Positions 1 to 9,446 of a stretch of 64,000 nucleotides of DNA are shown here, in pieces; position 1 is the stretch's first letter, and each line of letters begins with the position of its first letter. The DNA comes from Veillonella sp. GTDB lineage: Bacteria > Bacillota > Negativicutes > Veillonellales > Veillonellaceae. The position numbers and the translations under genes were made by a program. The notes under the pieces were generated by a model, which was given only the letters and a program-made list of their open reading frames with translations, searched no databases and was not told the origin of the DNA. The stretch is taken from NCBI RefSeq assembly GCF_018364065.1, contig NZ_JAGZMO010000002.1:271181-335180 (forward strand). The letters run 5' to 3'.

Positions 1-27
1 GTTGTGATTCCTAAGGAGGAATGAACT

Positions 28-165
28 ATGAAAGACAAATATGTTTGCTCCGTTTGTGGTTATGTGTATGATGAAGCAGCTGAAGGCGTAGCTTTCGCTG
101 ATTTACCTGATGATTGGGAATGCCCAACTTGTGGCGTGCCAAAAGAAAAATTTGAAAAAATGTAA
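28..165 (+). CDS. rubredoxin (45 aa)
   Basis: Two CxxCG knuckles (CSVCG...CPTCG) and W/Y-rich core; AAGGAGG RBS 7 nt upstream of ATG at 28; missed by ORF track because <60 aa. Confidence 0.85.
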   Translation: MKDKYVCSVCGYVYDEAAEGVAFADLPDDWECPTCGVPKEKFEKM

Positions 166-204
166 TGTAAAACTAAGTTAGAATCCTTCCTTTGAAAACG
201 TAAA

Positions 205-248
205 AAAGCTCCTGTAAGACGATGATACATCGCTTTACAGGAGTTTTT
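205..248 (+). terminator. intrinsic terminator after rubredoxin
   Basis: Hairpin ctcctgtaag...cttacaggag followed by TTTTT. Confidence 0.75.
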
Positions 249-288
249 GAATTACATATAATTTTTATCGAATTTAGGGCAAAAAAAA

Positions 289-379
289 TGGCGGAGGATT
301 AGGGATTCGAACCCTAGCGACGGTAACCCGCCCTAACGATTTAGCAAACCGTCCTCTTCAGCCTCTTGAGTAATCCTCC
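289..379 (-). tRNA. tRNA-Ser (anticodon GCU), CCA encoded
   Basis: Cloverleaf folded by hand: 7-bp acceptor GGAGGAT/ATCCTCC, T-arm TAGGG-TTCGAAT-CCCTA, 5-bp anticodon stem with loop UUGCUAA, long variable arm, 3' GCCA. Confidence 0.85.
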
Positions 380-510
380 AGTAGTCATAACTACTGAATA
401 AGTATATCATTTTCATTCGAATATTGTCAATACTGTATAAAAATTTTGTCCGAATATGGTAAATTAAACTAATAAACTATGATAAACAGGAATAAACGGC
501 TATAGACCGG

Positions 511-575
511 AAAATAAAAACCTCTATTGAACAACGATTCCATCGGATCTCGCCATCAATAGAGGTTTTATTTTA
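511..575. terminator. bidirectional hairpin terminator
   Basis: aaacctctattga...tcaatagaggttt perfect 13-bp stem flanked by A-run and T-run. Confidence 0.6.
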
Positions 576-590
576 TATATTTTTTGCTAT

Positions 591-611
591 CGGATCCCTA
601 ATCCTCCGCCA
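591..611 (+). repeat. inverted copy of the tRNA-Ser 3' end (20/21 nt match to 289..309)
   Basis: cggatccctaatcctccgcca is the reverse complement of tggcggaggattagggattcg at the tRNA 3' end; no T-arm 5' half upstream, so it is a fragment and not a gene. Confidence 0.7.
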
Positions 612-674
612 TTTCAGCGAAGAATAGAAATAGTTAACTACAAGCCAAAGGCTTTATCACGTCCGAATAAGAGT

Positions 675-2363
675 TTATTTTACTTGCAACTGCAACATCA
701 TGCCGTTTTCTTCGTGTTCAAGGATATGGCAGTGAACCATGAAGATACCAGGCTGTGTGAAGTGGATTCTAATGCGAACGTTTTCACCAGGTGCTACAGA
801 GATTGTATCTTTCAAGCCTCTTTCGTCAGGTGTTGTAGGCACGCCGTTACGGGACACTACTTCAAATTGTACGCCGTGAATATGGAATGGATGGATCATA
901 CCCATCATGCCGTCAGAGTTGGAGATTTCCCAAACTTCAGTGCTCCCTAATTTTGCAGTCAAATCAATGCGGTCCATGGAGAATTTTTTACCGTTAATGG
1001 TTACATCTTTTGCCATGCCGGACATAACGATATGCTGCGCAATTTTATCAGTTGTAGCCGCTTTTTGAAGTTCTTCGTCATGTTTCTTTGTTTCAAAGTT
1101 CCATGTAGGAATTGTGTTATTAACACTTGCCGCACTATCTGTATTCCAGGATGCCGCTTTTCTGAATTCCAATACATTGATAGTTCCGTTCTGTGTTACC
1201 AAGCTTGGAAGTTTGTCGGCATTTGCATAACGGGAGAAATCAATCAATACTTCAGCGCGTTCGCCCGGTACTAAGGTGATTTCTTGCGTTGCTACCGGTG
1301 CTTCCAATAATCCGCCGTCACTGGCGATTTGATACATAGTAGAACCATCGCTTAAACGAAGTGTCATGTTACGTGCATTCGAACCGTCCAACAAGCGAAC
1401 ACGAACTAATTTCTTAGGCACTTCAAAGTATGGATTAATTGTGCCGTTCACTACTAATGTATCACCATAAACGCCGTCATCGGAGTAAGCGGATTTATAA
1501 TCCCATTGGTTGTCTTTTGTAAATAAACGGTCTTGAATGGCTACCGGAATATCATCTACACCGTATTCATGAGGCAAGTTCAATTTACCGATTTCATTGT
1601 CATCGATGACAATCAGCCCTGCCAATCCTTTATATACCTGGCTTGCTGTAGAGCCCATAGCATGTGGATGGAACCAAGCTGTGCCTGCCGGTTGATTTAC
1701 AGTGAATTCAATTTTACCGGTGCCGCCGTTAGCAGCGATTGGATAATGAGGACCACCGTCCACATCGGAACGAACGACCAAACCATGCCAGTGGAATGTT
1801 GTTGCTTCCGGTAAATTGTTAGTTAAATTAATGGTTACTTTTTCACCGCGTTTCATAAGTAACGCAGGGCCCAACACATTGCCGTTGTAACCATATGTAG
1901 CCGTTTTTTGACCGTCTTTAATATCGCTTTCACCGGTCTGCGCAGTCACGTTGTATACCATACGGCCATTTCCGTCAGGGGTACCTTTAACCAATGGAGG
2001 AATCGCCAAAGGACGTGGTGCCTGAGTAGACTGATGAAGTGTCATTGCTTCATCGTGCATGCCCATCATGCCCTGACCGGACATCATATTGTTCATCATC
2101 GTATTATGCATGGAATTTTGGTTCATCATGCCATTCATCATTGAACCGTTCATCATGCCATTGCCGTAGTTTTGGTTCGAGCTGCTCTGACCCATCATAG
2201 TATTCATCATGCTGTTCATGGAGTCTTGATCCATTACATCCTGACTCATCATACTTTGATTCATCATGCCGTTCATCATTTGCGCGTTTACCACATAGCC
2301 GCTGCCGGTCATCAAAGTCACAGCTAAGGCAAGTTTCGCCAATTTCATTTGATTTATTTTCAT
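675..2363 (-). CDS. multicopper oxidase (CueO/CopA-like) with signal peptide and Met-rich segment
   Basis: 562 aa; HWHG, HPHAMG and C-terminal HCHxxxH copper-binding motifs; long MMNGMMNQ Met-rich region typical of periplasmic copper oxidases. Confidence 0.85.
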   Translation of the reverse strand: MKINQMKLAKLALAVTLMTGSGYVVNAQMMNGMMNQSMMSQDVMDQDSMNSMMNTMMGQSSSNQNYGNGMMNGSMMNGMMNQNSMHNTMMNNMMSGQGMMGMHDEAMTLHQSTQAPRPLAIPPLVKGTPDGNGRMVYNVTAQTGESDIKDGQKTATYGYNGNVLGPALLMKRGEKVTINLTNNLPEATTFHWHGLVVRSDVDGGPHYPIAANGGTGKIEFTVNQPAGTAWFHPHAMGSTASQVYKGLAGLIVIDDNEIGKLNLPHEYGVDDIPVAIQDRLFTKDNQWDYKSAYSDDGVYGDTLVVNGTINPYFEVPKKLVRVRLLDGSNARNMTLRLSDGSTMYQIASDGGLLEAPVATQEITLVPGERAEVLIDFSRYANADKLPSLVTQNGTINVLEFRKAASWNTDSAASVNNTIPTWNFETKKHDEELQKAATTDKIAQHIVMSGMAKDVTINGKKFSMDRIDLTAKLGSTEVWEISNSDGMMGMIHPFHIHGVQFEVVSRNGVPTTPDERGLKDTISVAPGENVRIRIHFTQPGIFMVHCHILEHEENGMMLQLQVK

Positions 2364-2464
2364 CGTTGTATCAATCCTTTCTCACACAACAATGTGTATC
2401 TAAAACACAACTTAGGTTATCAGTAAAACCGGTTTACTGTTACACAACAGCACATTTCCGTTCT

Positions 2465-2519
2465 ATGTTGTTACATAACAACATATTTGATTTCTTTGCT
2501 TTCACATAACAACATATTT
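2465..2519. promoter_or_regulatory. candidate operator cluster upstream of the multicopper oxidase: 20-bp palindrome ATGTTGTTACATAACAACAT plus direct repeats ACATAACAACATATTT (2473..2488, 2504..2519)
   Basis: Perfect-armed palindrome and two identical 16-mers 31 bp apart, 80-170 bp upstream of the mco start. Confidence 0.4.
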
Positions 2520-2579
2520 AATTTTTTCGAAGTACAACCAGTTCACAATTATCATAGCACGATAGGCCGGAAGGCTCAA

Positions 2580-2597
2580 TACGGGGGTATACCCCTA
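2580..2597. promoter_or_regulatory. GC-rich palindrome TACGGGGGTATACCCCTA (CsoR-type copper-repressor-operator-like)
   Basis: GGGGTATACCCC core palindrome; the TACGGGGGTAT 11-mer matches my recollection of the B. subtilis CsoR operator; lies between the cysE terminator and the mco promoter region. Confidence 0.35.
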
Positions 2598-2652
2598 AAA
2601 TTAAAACTGCTATCCCCGTGCGCTTATCCAGTACGCACAGAAATAGCAGTTT
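2597..2652 (-). terminator. probable terminator downstream of cysE (nested hairpin)
   Basis: aaactgctat...atagcagttt 10-bp stem enclosing gtgcg...cgcac, U-rich tail on the minus strand. Confidence 0.45.
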
Positions 2653-2929
2653 CTATTGCAAAAGTGTTATATACCCCTACTTACTATAGGTATTTTATCC
2701 GATTCCTTTTGACAAATTTATGATAATCAGTGTCTCTCTCAATATAAGTCCCTGTTTTCAGGGGGAAGTGTATCTTTTCTCTCTTTTGGTTTTGTTTTAA
2801 TGCTTAAGGATTAGTCCATTGTCGGCCTTGGCTTTTATTTTGCCTTGACTGGCAAATGAATCGAACCGGTTTATTTCAGACATTTGATTGTCACATCCAC
2901 GTCTACGATAAAAAAGTTTTTGTCTTCTT

Positions 2930-3559
2930 CTAAATAAACCAAGCCATTTCATCTGTCATGTCTTTAGGTAAAAAAGCCACTTTATGCCGAGGTTTGCGCT
3001 TACTGCTTTCCACGATGTGGATGGCACGTTTCGGTTTGCGCACGACGATATTTTCCGGTTCTGTTTCGTAAATTACTACGTTAGCCGGTACATCGCGTTT
3101 AATAACTAAGTTACAGCCGATGCGGCTGCCGTCGCCAATGGTTATATCGCCCAGCACCTTTGTGCCGGCGCCGATAAGTACATCATTGCCTACGGTCGGA
3201 TGGCGTTTCACCCGTCGGGAGCTCATGCCGCCCAGCGTAACGCCGTGGAACAAGGTTACATTGTCGCCTACAATCGCCGTTTCACCTATAACCACACCCA
3301 TACCGTGATCGATGAATAAACCGGCTCCAATTTGGGCGCCCGGATGGATTTCTATACCGGTAGAATTCCGTCCATGGAGTGCCACACGGCGCGCCAGCAG
3401 TTTAAACCCGTGTTTATATAAACGATGGGCGAAAAAGTGCCAAAACAACGCTTTAATGTGCGGATAGGTCCACAGAACCATGAGCACCGAAGTGGCTGCC
3501 GGATCTGAGTCCATCACTCGTTTAATATTGTACCGAATAGATCTCCATAACTTCTTCAT
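2930..3559 (-). CDS. cysE: serine O-acetyltransferase
   Basis: N-terminal SAT helical domain plus hexapeptide-repeat left-handed beta-helix (GVVIGETAIVGDNVTLFHGVTLGG). Confidence 0.9.
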   Translation of the reverse strand: MKKLWRSIRYNIKRVMDSDPAATSVLMVLWTYPHIKALFWHFFAHRLYKHGFKLLARRVALHGRNSTGIEIHPGAQIGAGLFIDHGMGVVIGETAIVGDNVTLFHGVTLGGMSSRRVKRHPTVGNDVLIGAGTKVLGDITIGDGSRIGCNLVIKRDVPANVVIYETEPENIVVRKPKRAIHIVESSKRKPRHKVAFLPKDMTDEMAWFI

Positions 3560-3631
3560 AGGGCCTCCCGTTTATATCGTCCTAACCTTAATTCCATCGG
3601 CATTCCACTGAAACGTAAGCACCTTGATAGC

Positions 3632-4552
3632 TTATGCTTTTACGTATTCTACATCGCCGAATTCAAGCATAGATAAGTATTTTTCAACTCCGTCCGGAGC
3701 GATAGCCACAACTGCAACGCCAGGATTCTGAGCTGCCAAGTCTTTTGCGGCTTTAATAGCTGCGCCTGCGGAAATACCGATGCTGATACCGGTTTCGCGC
3801 ATAAATGTTTGTACTTGGTCAATAGCATCGCTGTCAGTTACTGTGCGAACTTCGTCCATCAAGCTGCGGTCGAAGTTGTCAGGAATAAAGCCGGCGCCGA
3901 TACCTTGAATCTTATGTGCGCCACCTTTACCTTCAGAAATCATAGGAGAACCTGCCGGTTCAACTGCGACTGCTTTTACATCTTTTTTAAGTTCTTTCAA
4001 CTTACGGGCAACCCCTGTGAAAGTACCACCTGTGCCGATACCGGCTACTACGATGCCTACATTAGGAACTTGTTCGAAAATTTCAGCACCGGTTGTTTCG
4101 TAGTGAATTGCAGGATTTGCAGGGTTCACGAATTGGCCTAATGTTACAGCACTTGGATTGTTATCAAGAATTTCCTGTGCCTTAGCAAGAGCACCCTTCA
4201 TACCGGTTTCTTTTGGTGTTAATACTAATTGAGCACCATACGCTTTTACTAATTCGCGGCGTTCTTTACTCATACTTTCAGGCATTAAGATAACAACTTT
4301 GATACCGAGAACTGCACCAAGCATAGCAAGGGCGATACCGGTGTTGCCGCTGGTAGCTTCTACTAAAATTGTGTCCTTTTTAATCAGGCCTTTTTCCTGT
4401 GCATCACGCAACATACCGTATACGGCACGGTCTTTAACGCTGCCGCCGGCATTGTATTTTTCCAATTTTACATATACGTTAGTATCTTTAATTTGATAAA
4501 CAGGTGTATTACCGATTAATTGCAAAGTATCATTTACAGGTTTCATACTCAT
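3632..4552 (-). CDS. cysK: cysteine synthase A (O-acetylserine sulfhydrylase); ORF extends to 4666 but the likely start is the ATG at 4552 (or 4546)
   Basis: PLP-fold motifs (KLEKYNAGGSVKDR, GNTGIALA, GIGTGGT); N-terminus MSMKPVNDTLQLIGNTP aligns with canonical CysK starts. Confidence 0.9.
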   Translation of the reverse strand: MSMKPVNDTLQLIGNTPVYQIKDTNVYVKLEKYNAGGSVKDRAVYGMLRDAQEKGLIKKDTILVEATSGNTGIALAMLGAVLGIKVVILMPESMSKERRELVKAYGAQLVLTPKETGMKGALAKAQEILDNNPSAVTLGQFVNPANPAIHYETTGAEIFEQVPNVGIVVAGIGTGGTFTGVARKLKELKKDVKAVAVEPAGSPMISEGKGGAHKIQGIGAGFIPDNFDRSLMDEVRTVTDSDAIDQVQTFMRETGISIGISAGAAIKAAKDLAAQNPGVAVVAIAPDGVEKYLSMLEFGDVEYVKA

Positions 4553-4794
4553 TGTCTCTCTCTTCCTTTCATCAATTACATTTCGTATTTCTGAAATTAT
4601 TATATTTTGTTTACTTTTACTTCCACTTACACGGCTCGATGTTATCTCGCCATACGATTTGAACAAATGATATCACATATCTACGAATCCATACATTTGT
4701 TAATTCATACATGGGCAACCCTGCAGTAGTCAGCCGTATATGTCATGTAAAATTAGCAAATCTATAAATCCGAAGATGTATGCGATGTGCCTCG

Positions 4795-5090
4795 ATGTTG
4801 CAATAAAAAAAGCCCTTGATCACATCGTGACCAAGGGCGATATATCGCGGTTCCACCTTGTTTTATTTGACGCATGCGCCGAAGCGTTCATCAAATATCT
4901 CATACTGTACAGGCCTTTAATTATTCCAAAGACTGTATACAGATTCGCTGTAACGGGCGACTCCCGAAAAAGACTCCCCATCGATAACGCTGACCAATAC
5001 TTCCTCTGAAGCATTAATCTGTTATCTTTGCTTTGCCTTCCTAACTCCAAGATGCACTTCCATATATGTCCTACGACCCGCTCTCACCGT
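4795..5090 (-). promoter_or_regulatory. T-box riboswitch leader of cysK-cysE (specifier not resolved, Cys expected)
   Basis: Minus strand reads AGGTGGAACCGCG (T-box) followed immediately by terminator GCCCTTGGTCACGATGTGATCAAGGGC-UUUUUUU (plus 4804..4838); the overlapping ORFs 4740..5009 and 4820..5050 are spurious. Confidence 0.7.
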
Positions 5091-5350
5091 CCGGGCTCTC
5101 TGCACATACTTCATATATGTACTCTTCTTTTCATCGTTTAAGCTCTATTCAAATCATAAACCTACTATAACACTATGAATTAGCCATGTCAACTTCTTTT
5201 TTACAAGTTTAACACATTTAATTAATTTTTAAAAGCATCAATATGCGTAATTTCCCGATTTTACCAATATATTTCAATACCCTTATCAAAATTTTTCAAT
5301 CAGTTACATGTATGAAAAAATACATTTATGTATCATAAGAGGATAAAAGA

Positions 5351-5384
5351 AGATAAAAAGCCGACCCCATAATAGGGCCGGCTT
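5351..5384 (-). terminator. terminator after the 5468..5929 gene
   Basis: aagccgacccc...gggccggctt hairpin with U-tail on the minus strand. Confidence 0.5.
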
Positions 5385-5467
5385 CTGATTTTTTAGGAAC
5401 AGTTAGTTACTATGTGTTGATTACTCAGTGTTAATTACTAAGCACTTAATTACTAAGCACTTAATTA

Positions 5468-5929
5468 TTAAGCGTTAATAACCAATGTTAAATTGCTATC
5501 TTTTTGTGGAGCAGGTTCTTTGTCCTTAATATCTTTCTTTGGTGGCTTTGGAGCGTCTTTCTTTACTTCCGGTTTTTCTACTTTTTTGCGATTTTCATAA
5601 TCGTTAGCCAATGCTACGCGGCGTTTTTCTTTGTCATCCTGACTTACAGCCGGTTTATTTTTCTGTTTATCAATAGCTTTCTGCTCTTTGTTATTGGCAG
5701 GTGCTTTTACGTTCTTGTCATTTGCACCCTTCTGATCCTTGTTCATATTTGGAGCTTGTGGTGCTTTATTAGCATCTTTAGCGTCCTTGTTATCATTTTG
5801 TGCATTCCATTGAATATTGGATTGGCTGTCATAAGGCATTACAGATGCAGCGTTTACAACAAATCCGATAGAGTTAGCCCATAAAGTTACGGCCGCCACA
5901 GGCACCATCAATACATACTTACGTTCCAT
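5468..5929 (-). CDS. secreted Lys/Asp/Pro-rich low-complexity protein (hypothetical); start taken at M19 (5929) with GGGAGGA RBS
   Basis: Signal peptide MERKYVLMVPVAAVTLWANSIGFVVNAASV followed by a KDAKDANKAPQAP-type repetitive region. Confidence 0.5.
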   Translation of the reverse strand: MERKYVLMVPVAAVTLWANSIGFVVNAASVMPYDSQSNIQWNAQNDNKDAKDANKAPQAPNMNKDQKGANDKNVKAPANNKEQKAIDKQKNKPAVSQDDKEKRRVALANDYENRKKVEKPEVKKDAPKPPKKDIKDKEPAPQKDSNLTLVINA

Positions 5930-6565
5930 AATTAAATCCTCCCTGAGTTTCATAATTATACAGATTTTACATTCTTGGAACACATTTTATTAGCGTATTC
6001 CATTTAATCTACTTACATGTATACGTCAATTTCTTATCTATACCCTCGTGTTACAAACAACTGTTTTTCTGAGGGAATACCTATAATATACGCATATTTT
6101 ATGAGTTCAGTGTGAACGTTAAGTGAGAGTTTGATGAGTTCTGTAGAAATACCTTTGTATTTTCTCTAATGGAATCATCATTTTATACAATCGCATTCAA
6201 TTGAATTTTTATTCTCATATACTTCACTATTTATTCATGATAATTAATGGATGACCACCCGCTCAACAAAAAAAGCTGCCAATCATAAGATTGACAGCTT
6301 ATATTTACAAAGAAAAGTGCCCCAGCCCTTAGGGAGGAGGCTGAGGCAAGGTGTTCGTACATGTTTGTACTCACGATTAGGTATAGGTATTTAGAGGTTT
6401 TAACAAGTAGAATCACTTCCTATAATTCCGGGATAAAGAATTATATTAAGTCGTAATCACTAGGGAGAGTAATTACTGTTCTCTTGTTATGTACACATTA
6501 TAACATGTAAATCTAATAATTTCAATATGTAAAATCTATTTTTTTCGATTTATTTTTCTAAAAAT

Positions 6566-6614
6566 CTAAAAAAGGCTATAAACCCAGTCATAGAGCCTGT
6601 TTATAGCCTTTTAT
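6566..6614. terminator. bidirectional terminator (12-bp perfect stem)
   Basis: aaggctataaac...gtttatagcctt flanked by A-run and T-run. Confidence 0.6.
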
Positions 6615-6917
6615 ATTTTGAAATTTATTTGATTTTCATGGCGTTTTTAAGAAATTCTTACCATAATTTTACCAAAATTAAACATCCAACGAATCAAATA
6701 CGCCCTTTTTATTGTGATATGGACAATCATAATTCATTCTGTTTATTAATTTTTAAAATCAAAAATTAATATGATATAAAATATTCGCCCCAATTAAGCT
6801 TCGCTCTGTCTAATAGTTTCGCTTAAGAAGATTATTCAATTAAAGAGCTAATCATCTCCGGCTCAAACTAAAAGTCTAATATTCACGGTCTACTACCATG
6901 GTCTAATACTCACGGTC

Positions 6918-7547
6918 TCAGACTAAAGGCCTAATAACCTCCGCAGCGATCTCATACATATAGCGATACCCCAATTCATTCGGGTGCACATCGCCGTCAT
7001 AAATGATTTCCTTTCGGTCATCCGCCGCTCTCAATGTCTTATAAAAGTCTATAAACAGCATGTGATGAGCGCGGCAATATTCCAGCAGCTTGTCACGATA
7101 CGCCTGAATAATCGCATTATCGCCATCCGGATCCCAGTCAATATGAGGGGGAATCCCCATAATAATCTGTGCACCGCGGGCGCGAATATACTGGATGCTC
7201 TTCAATAACGTTTTTAAACAATACTCCGCATCACGGCCCTGTAAAATATCATTCGTGCCACCCATGATAAAGACAATATCAAACGAAAGCTCTTTCGTAA
7301 GTTCACCAATACCGCATGAGCGACTTTGGCCATATATTGTGCCCTCAAATGATCCGCTATAACAGCGCTCCAGATTATTATAAATCGCCTGCAAACTGGC
7401 TCCATCCACGCCGGCATTGGTAACCGCCAAAGTAGTCCCCGGCTTCTTATGTGCCTCCAAGTCTTTAGCAGTCAGTTCTACCCATCCCAATCCGTATGGC
7501 ACATCATAACCGCGCGTTAAACTGTCGCCAATAAATAAAATGTTCAT
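6918..7547 (-). CDS. SGNH/GDSL-family hydrolase
   Basis: N-terminal GDSLT block, GGTND block and C-terminal DGDVHPNELG catalytic block. Confidence 0.75.
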   Translation of the reverse strand: MNILFIGDSLTRGYDVPYGLGWVELTAKDLEAHKKPGTTLAVTNAGVDGASLQAIYNNLERCYSGSFEGTIYGQSRSCGIGELTKELSFDIVFIMGGTNDILQGRDAEYCLKTLLKSIQYIRARGAQIIMGIPPHIDWDPDGDNAIIQAYRDKLLEYCRAHHMLFIDFYKTLRAADDRKEIIYDGDVHPNELGYRYMYEIAAEVIRPLV

Positions 7548-7635
7548 CCTGACCTCCCTATGCTACCTATATTTCCTATACTTCCTATACTTTCCATACT
7601 CCCTCATAAGTACGCACAAACCTTTAACATCAAGT

Positions 7636-8328
7636 CTATTTTTTCATCAAAGGATCCACTGTACCGTTCAATTCGAAGGCTTTGATTCTGTCAATACACG
7701 TACCGCAGGTGCCGCAAGGTGTATCACCACCTTCATAGCAACTCCAAGTTAACTCATAAGGCACGTTCAATTTCAAACCTACGCCAACAAGCTGCGCTTT
7801 GTTCATCGCTGCAAACGGAGCCACCACATTTACTTTTTCGTAAGTACCCAAAGAGATAGCTTTGCCCATCGCTTCAATGAACGCTTCACTGCAATCGGCA
7901 TAGGCATTACCTGCCGCATCATCCGCATGAGCGCCCAAATAAATTTCCACCTCTTCATCAGGGAACAGGCTCATTCCCAAGGCGGCCACAGAGGACATCA
8001 TGAGGCCGTTTCTAAATGGCACATAAGTGCTTACAATTTGCCCCGGTTGCTCATCAATCTGTTCCGCGTAGCTTTTATGAACAATTTTCTCTGTAGAACC
8101 TTCCATCAATGATGAATTTGAGTATTTTAAAATATTAGCCAAGTTCAATTCGTAATGAGGCACTTCGTAGTATGCCGCAATGTTACGGGCACATGCTAAT
8201 TCCTTATCATGCTTCTGACCGTAGAAAATCGACACGGCCACCACATTTTCCTTCCCTAATTTATCAATGGCTAAAGCCAGACAAGTGGTGGAGTCAACAC
8301 CGCCACTGGATAATACAACTGCTTTCAT
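7636..8328 (-). CDS. queC: 7-cyano-7-deazaguanine synthase
   Basis: SGGVDS PP-loop and C-terminal Zn-binding CxxC...CGTCGTC cluster; 230 aa. Confidence 0.9.
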   Translation of the reverse strand: MKAVVLSSGGVDSTTCLALAIDKLGKENVVAVSIFYGQKHDKELACARNIAAYYEVPHYELNLANILKYSNSSLMEGSTEKIVHKSYAEQIDEQPGQIVSTYVPFRNGLMMSSVAALGMSLFPDEEVEIYLGAHADDAAGNAYADCSEAFIEAMGKAISLGTYEKVNVVAPFAAMNKAQLVGVGLKLNVPYELTWSCYEGGDTPCGTCGTCIDRIKAFELNGTVDPLMKK

Positions 8329-8425
8329 GATTTACTCCTTTATATATAATTTCGTTTAACTGTGTACATATAATTCAGTTTCAACATATAGATACAATCT
8401 ACGTTGAATATATTGTGATGCATGC

Positions 8426-8505
8426 GTTGCAATGTCCAGCAATATATACAAATGTGTAGACATGTGTTGCAATGTCTAGCAATGTATATAAATGTGTAGA
8501 CATGT
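8426..8505. repeat. 2 x 40-bp tandem direct repeat in the queC upstream region (37/40 identical)
   Basis: gttgcaatgtccagcaatatatacaaatgtgtagacatgt / gttgcaatgtctagcaatgtatataaatgtgtagacatgt; each copy carries TTGCAA-N17-TATATA promoter-like hexamers on the minus strand. Confidence 0.7.
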
Positions 8506-8544
8506 CTATACATTTATATAATACCACAGTGTCATCAGATAGAG

Positions 8545-8599
8545 GCAAAGAAAAACGACCACTCTGTAAGTTGCGATGTCTTACAAGAGAGGTCGTTTT
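8545..8599 (-). terminator. terminator of the ecf operon
   Basis: aaaacgaccactctgtaag...cttacaagagaggtcgtttt long hairpin plus U-run on the minus strand. Confidence 0.7.
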
Positions 8600-8756
8600 A
8601 CTAACCGGTAGCTCTACTAACTACCAGCTACGAATTACTAATTTTGCTAATTATTGATTTTACTAACTACAAAGTAAACTAGCTAATAATTAGTTAACTT
8701 GCCTGTTCATGATGAACTGCATTTGATTTAATGTTATTGTAATTCAACAACATTTA

Positions 8757-9437
8757 TTACATCATGCCGCGTCCGTACATAATGAGTGCCACGGTGATGG
8801 CCACTAAGATGAGGACTACTACATAATCCAAGCCTTTCATACCAACTTTAGCTACGAAGCTGTGATCTTCATTGCCGAAGCCGCGAAGTTCCAAAGACAA
8901 GGCCATGGTTTCCGAACGGCCAAGGGATTTTAACAATAAAGGCTGTACGATTGAGCCATAGGATTTGCAGCGTTTGAAGAAGTTGCTGTTCAAGGCTAAG
9001 CCACGGCATGCCTGTGCTTCCTGTACGGCTTTGCTTTCCGCGATGAAGTCCGGTACGAAGCGAAGAGCCGCTGTAAACATAAATGCGTATTCGTAAGGAA
9101 TTTTACACTGTGTTACAAGAGCTGCCGTTAAGTCCTGCAATTTTGTAGTAGCCAAGAGCATGATGAATACCATGGTCATGCAAAGCATGCGAAGGCCTGT
9201 TACATACGCAGATTCCAAAGTGCCGCCGCCCAAGTATTGAACCAAGGCAAGGAATACTGCAAAGATAGTTAAAGTCACAACTGCTTTATACTGTTTTACC
9301 AATAAGCCGGTCGCCAATAAGATTAAGAGTTCTAACGCTAACAGCATAAGCAGGTCAAGGGACGTGGTCAGCAAAATCGCCCAAACGGAGAAGGCAATGG
9401 TCATCAATATTTTAGTAAATGGTACTAATTGTTTCAT
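8757..9437 (-). CDS. ecfT: ECF transporter transmembrane (T) component
   Basis: 226 aa polytopic membrane protein, CbiQ/EcfT-like, last gene of the ecfA-ecfA'-ecfT order. Confidence 0.85.
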   Translation of the reverse strand: MKQLVPFTKILMTIAFSVWAILLTTSLDLLMLLALELLILLATGLLVKQYKAVVTLTIFAVFLALVQYLGGGTLESAYVTGLRMLCMTMVFIMLLATTKLQDLTAALVTQCKIPYEYAFMFTAALRFVPDFIAESKAVQEAQACRGLALNSNFFKRCKSYGSIVQPLLLKSLGRSETMALSLELRGFGNEDHSFVAKVGMKGLDYVVVLILVAITVALIMYGRGMM

Positions 9438-9446
9438 CTTTACCTC

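Noticed and set aside
591-611. second tRNA gene on the plus strand
   Set aside because: Only the last ~21 nt of a tRNA are present; no T-arm 5' half, anticodon or D-arm can be formed upstream
4740-5050. ORFs 4740..5009 (+) and 4820..5050 (-) overlapping each other
   Set aside because: They coincide with a clear T-box leader and terminator upstream of cysK; mutually overlapping, no RBS
6231-6416. 61-aa ORF in the 900-bp spacer at 5990..6900
   Set aside because: No RBS or motifs; the region carries terminator hairpins (6283..6310, 6572..6610) and is more likely non-coding
8329-8425. preQ1 riboswitch in the queC leader
   Set aside because: Could not find the conserved preQ1-I hairpin plus A-rich tail or preQ1-II features by eye; left unassigned
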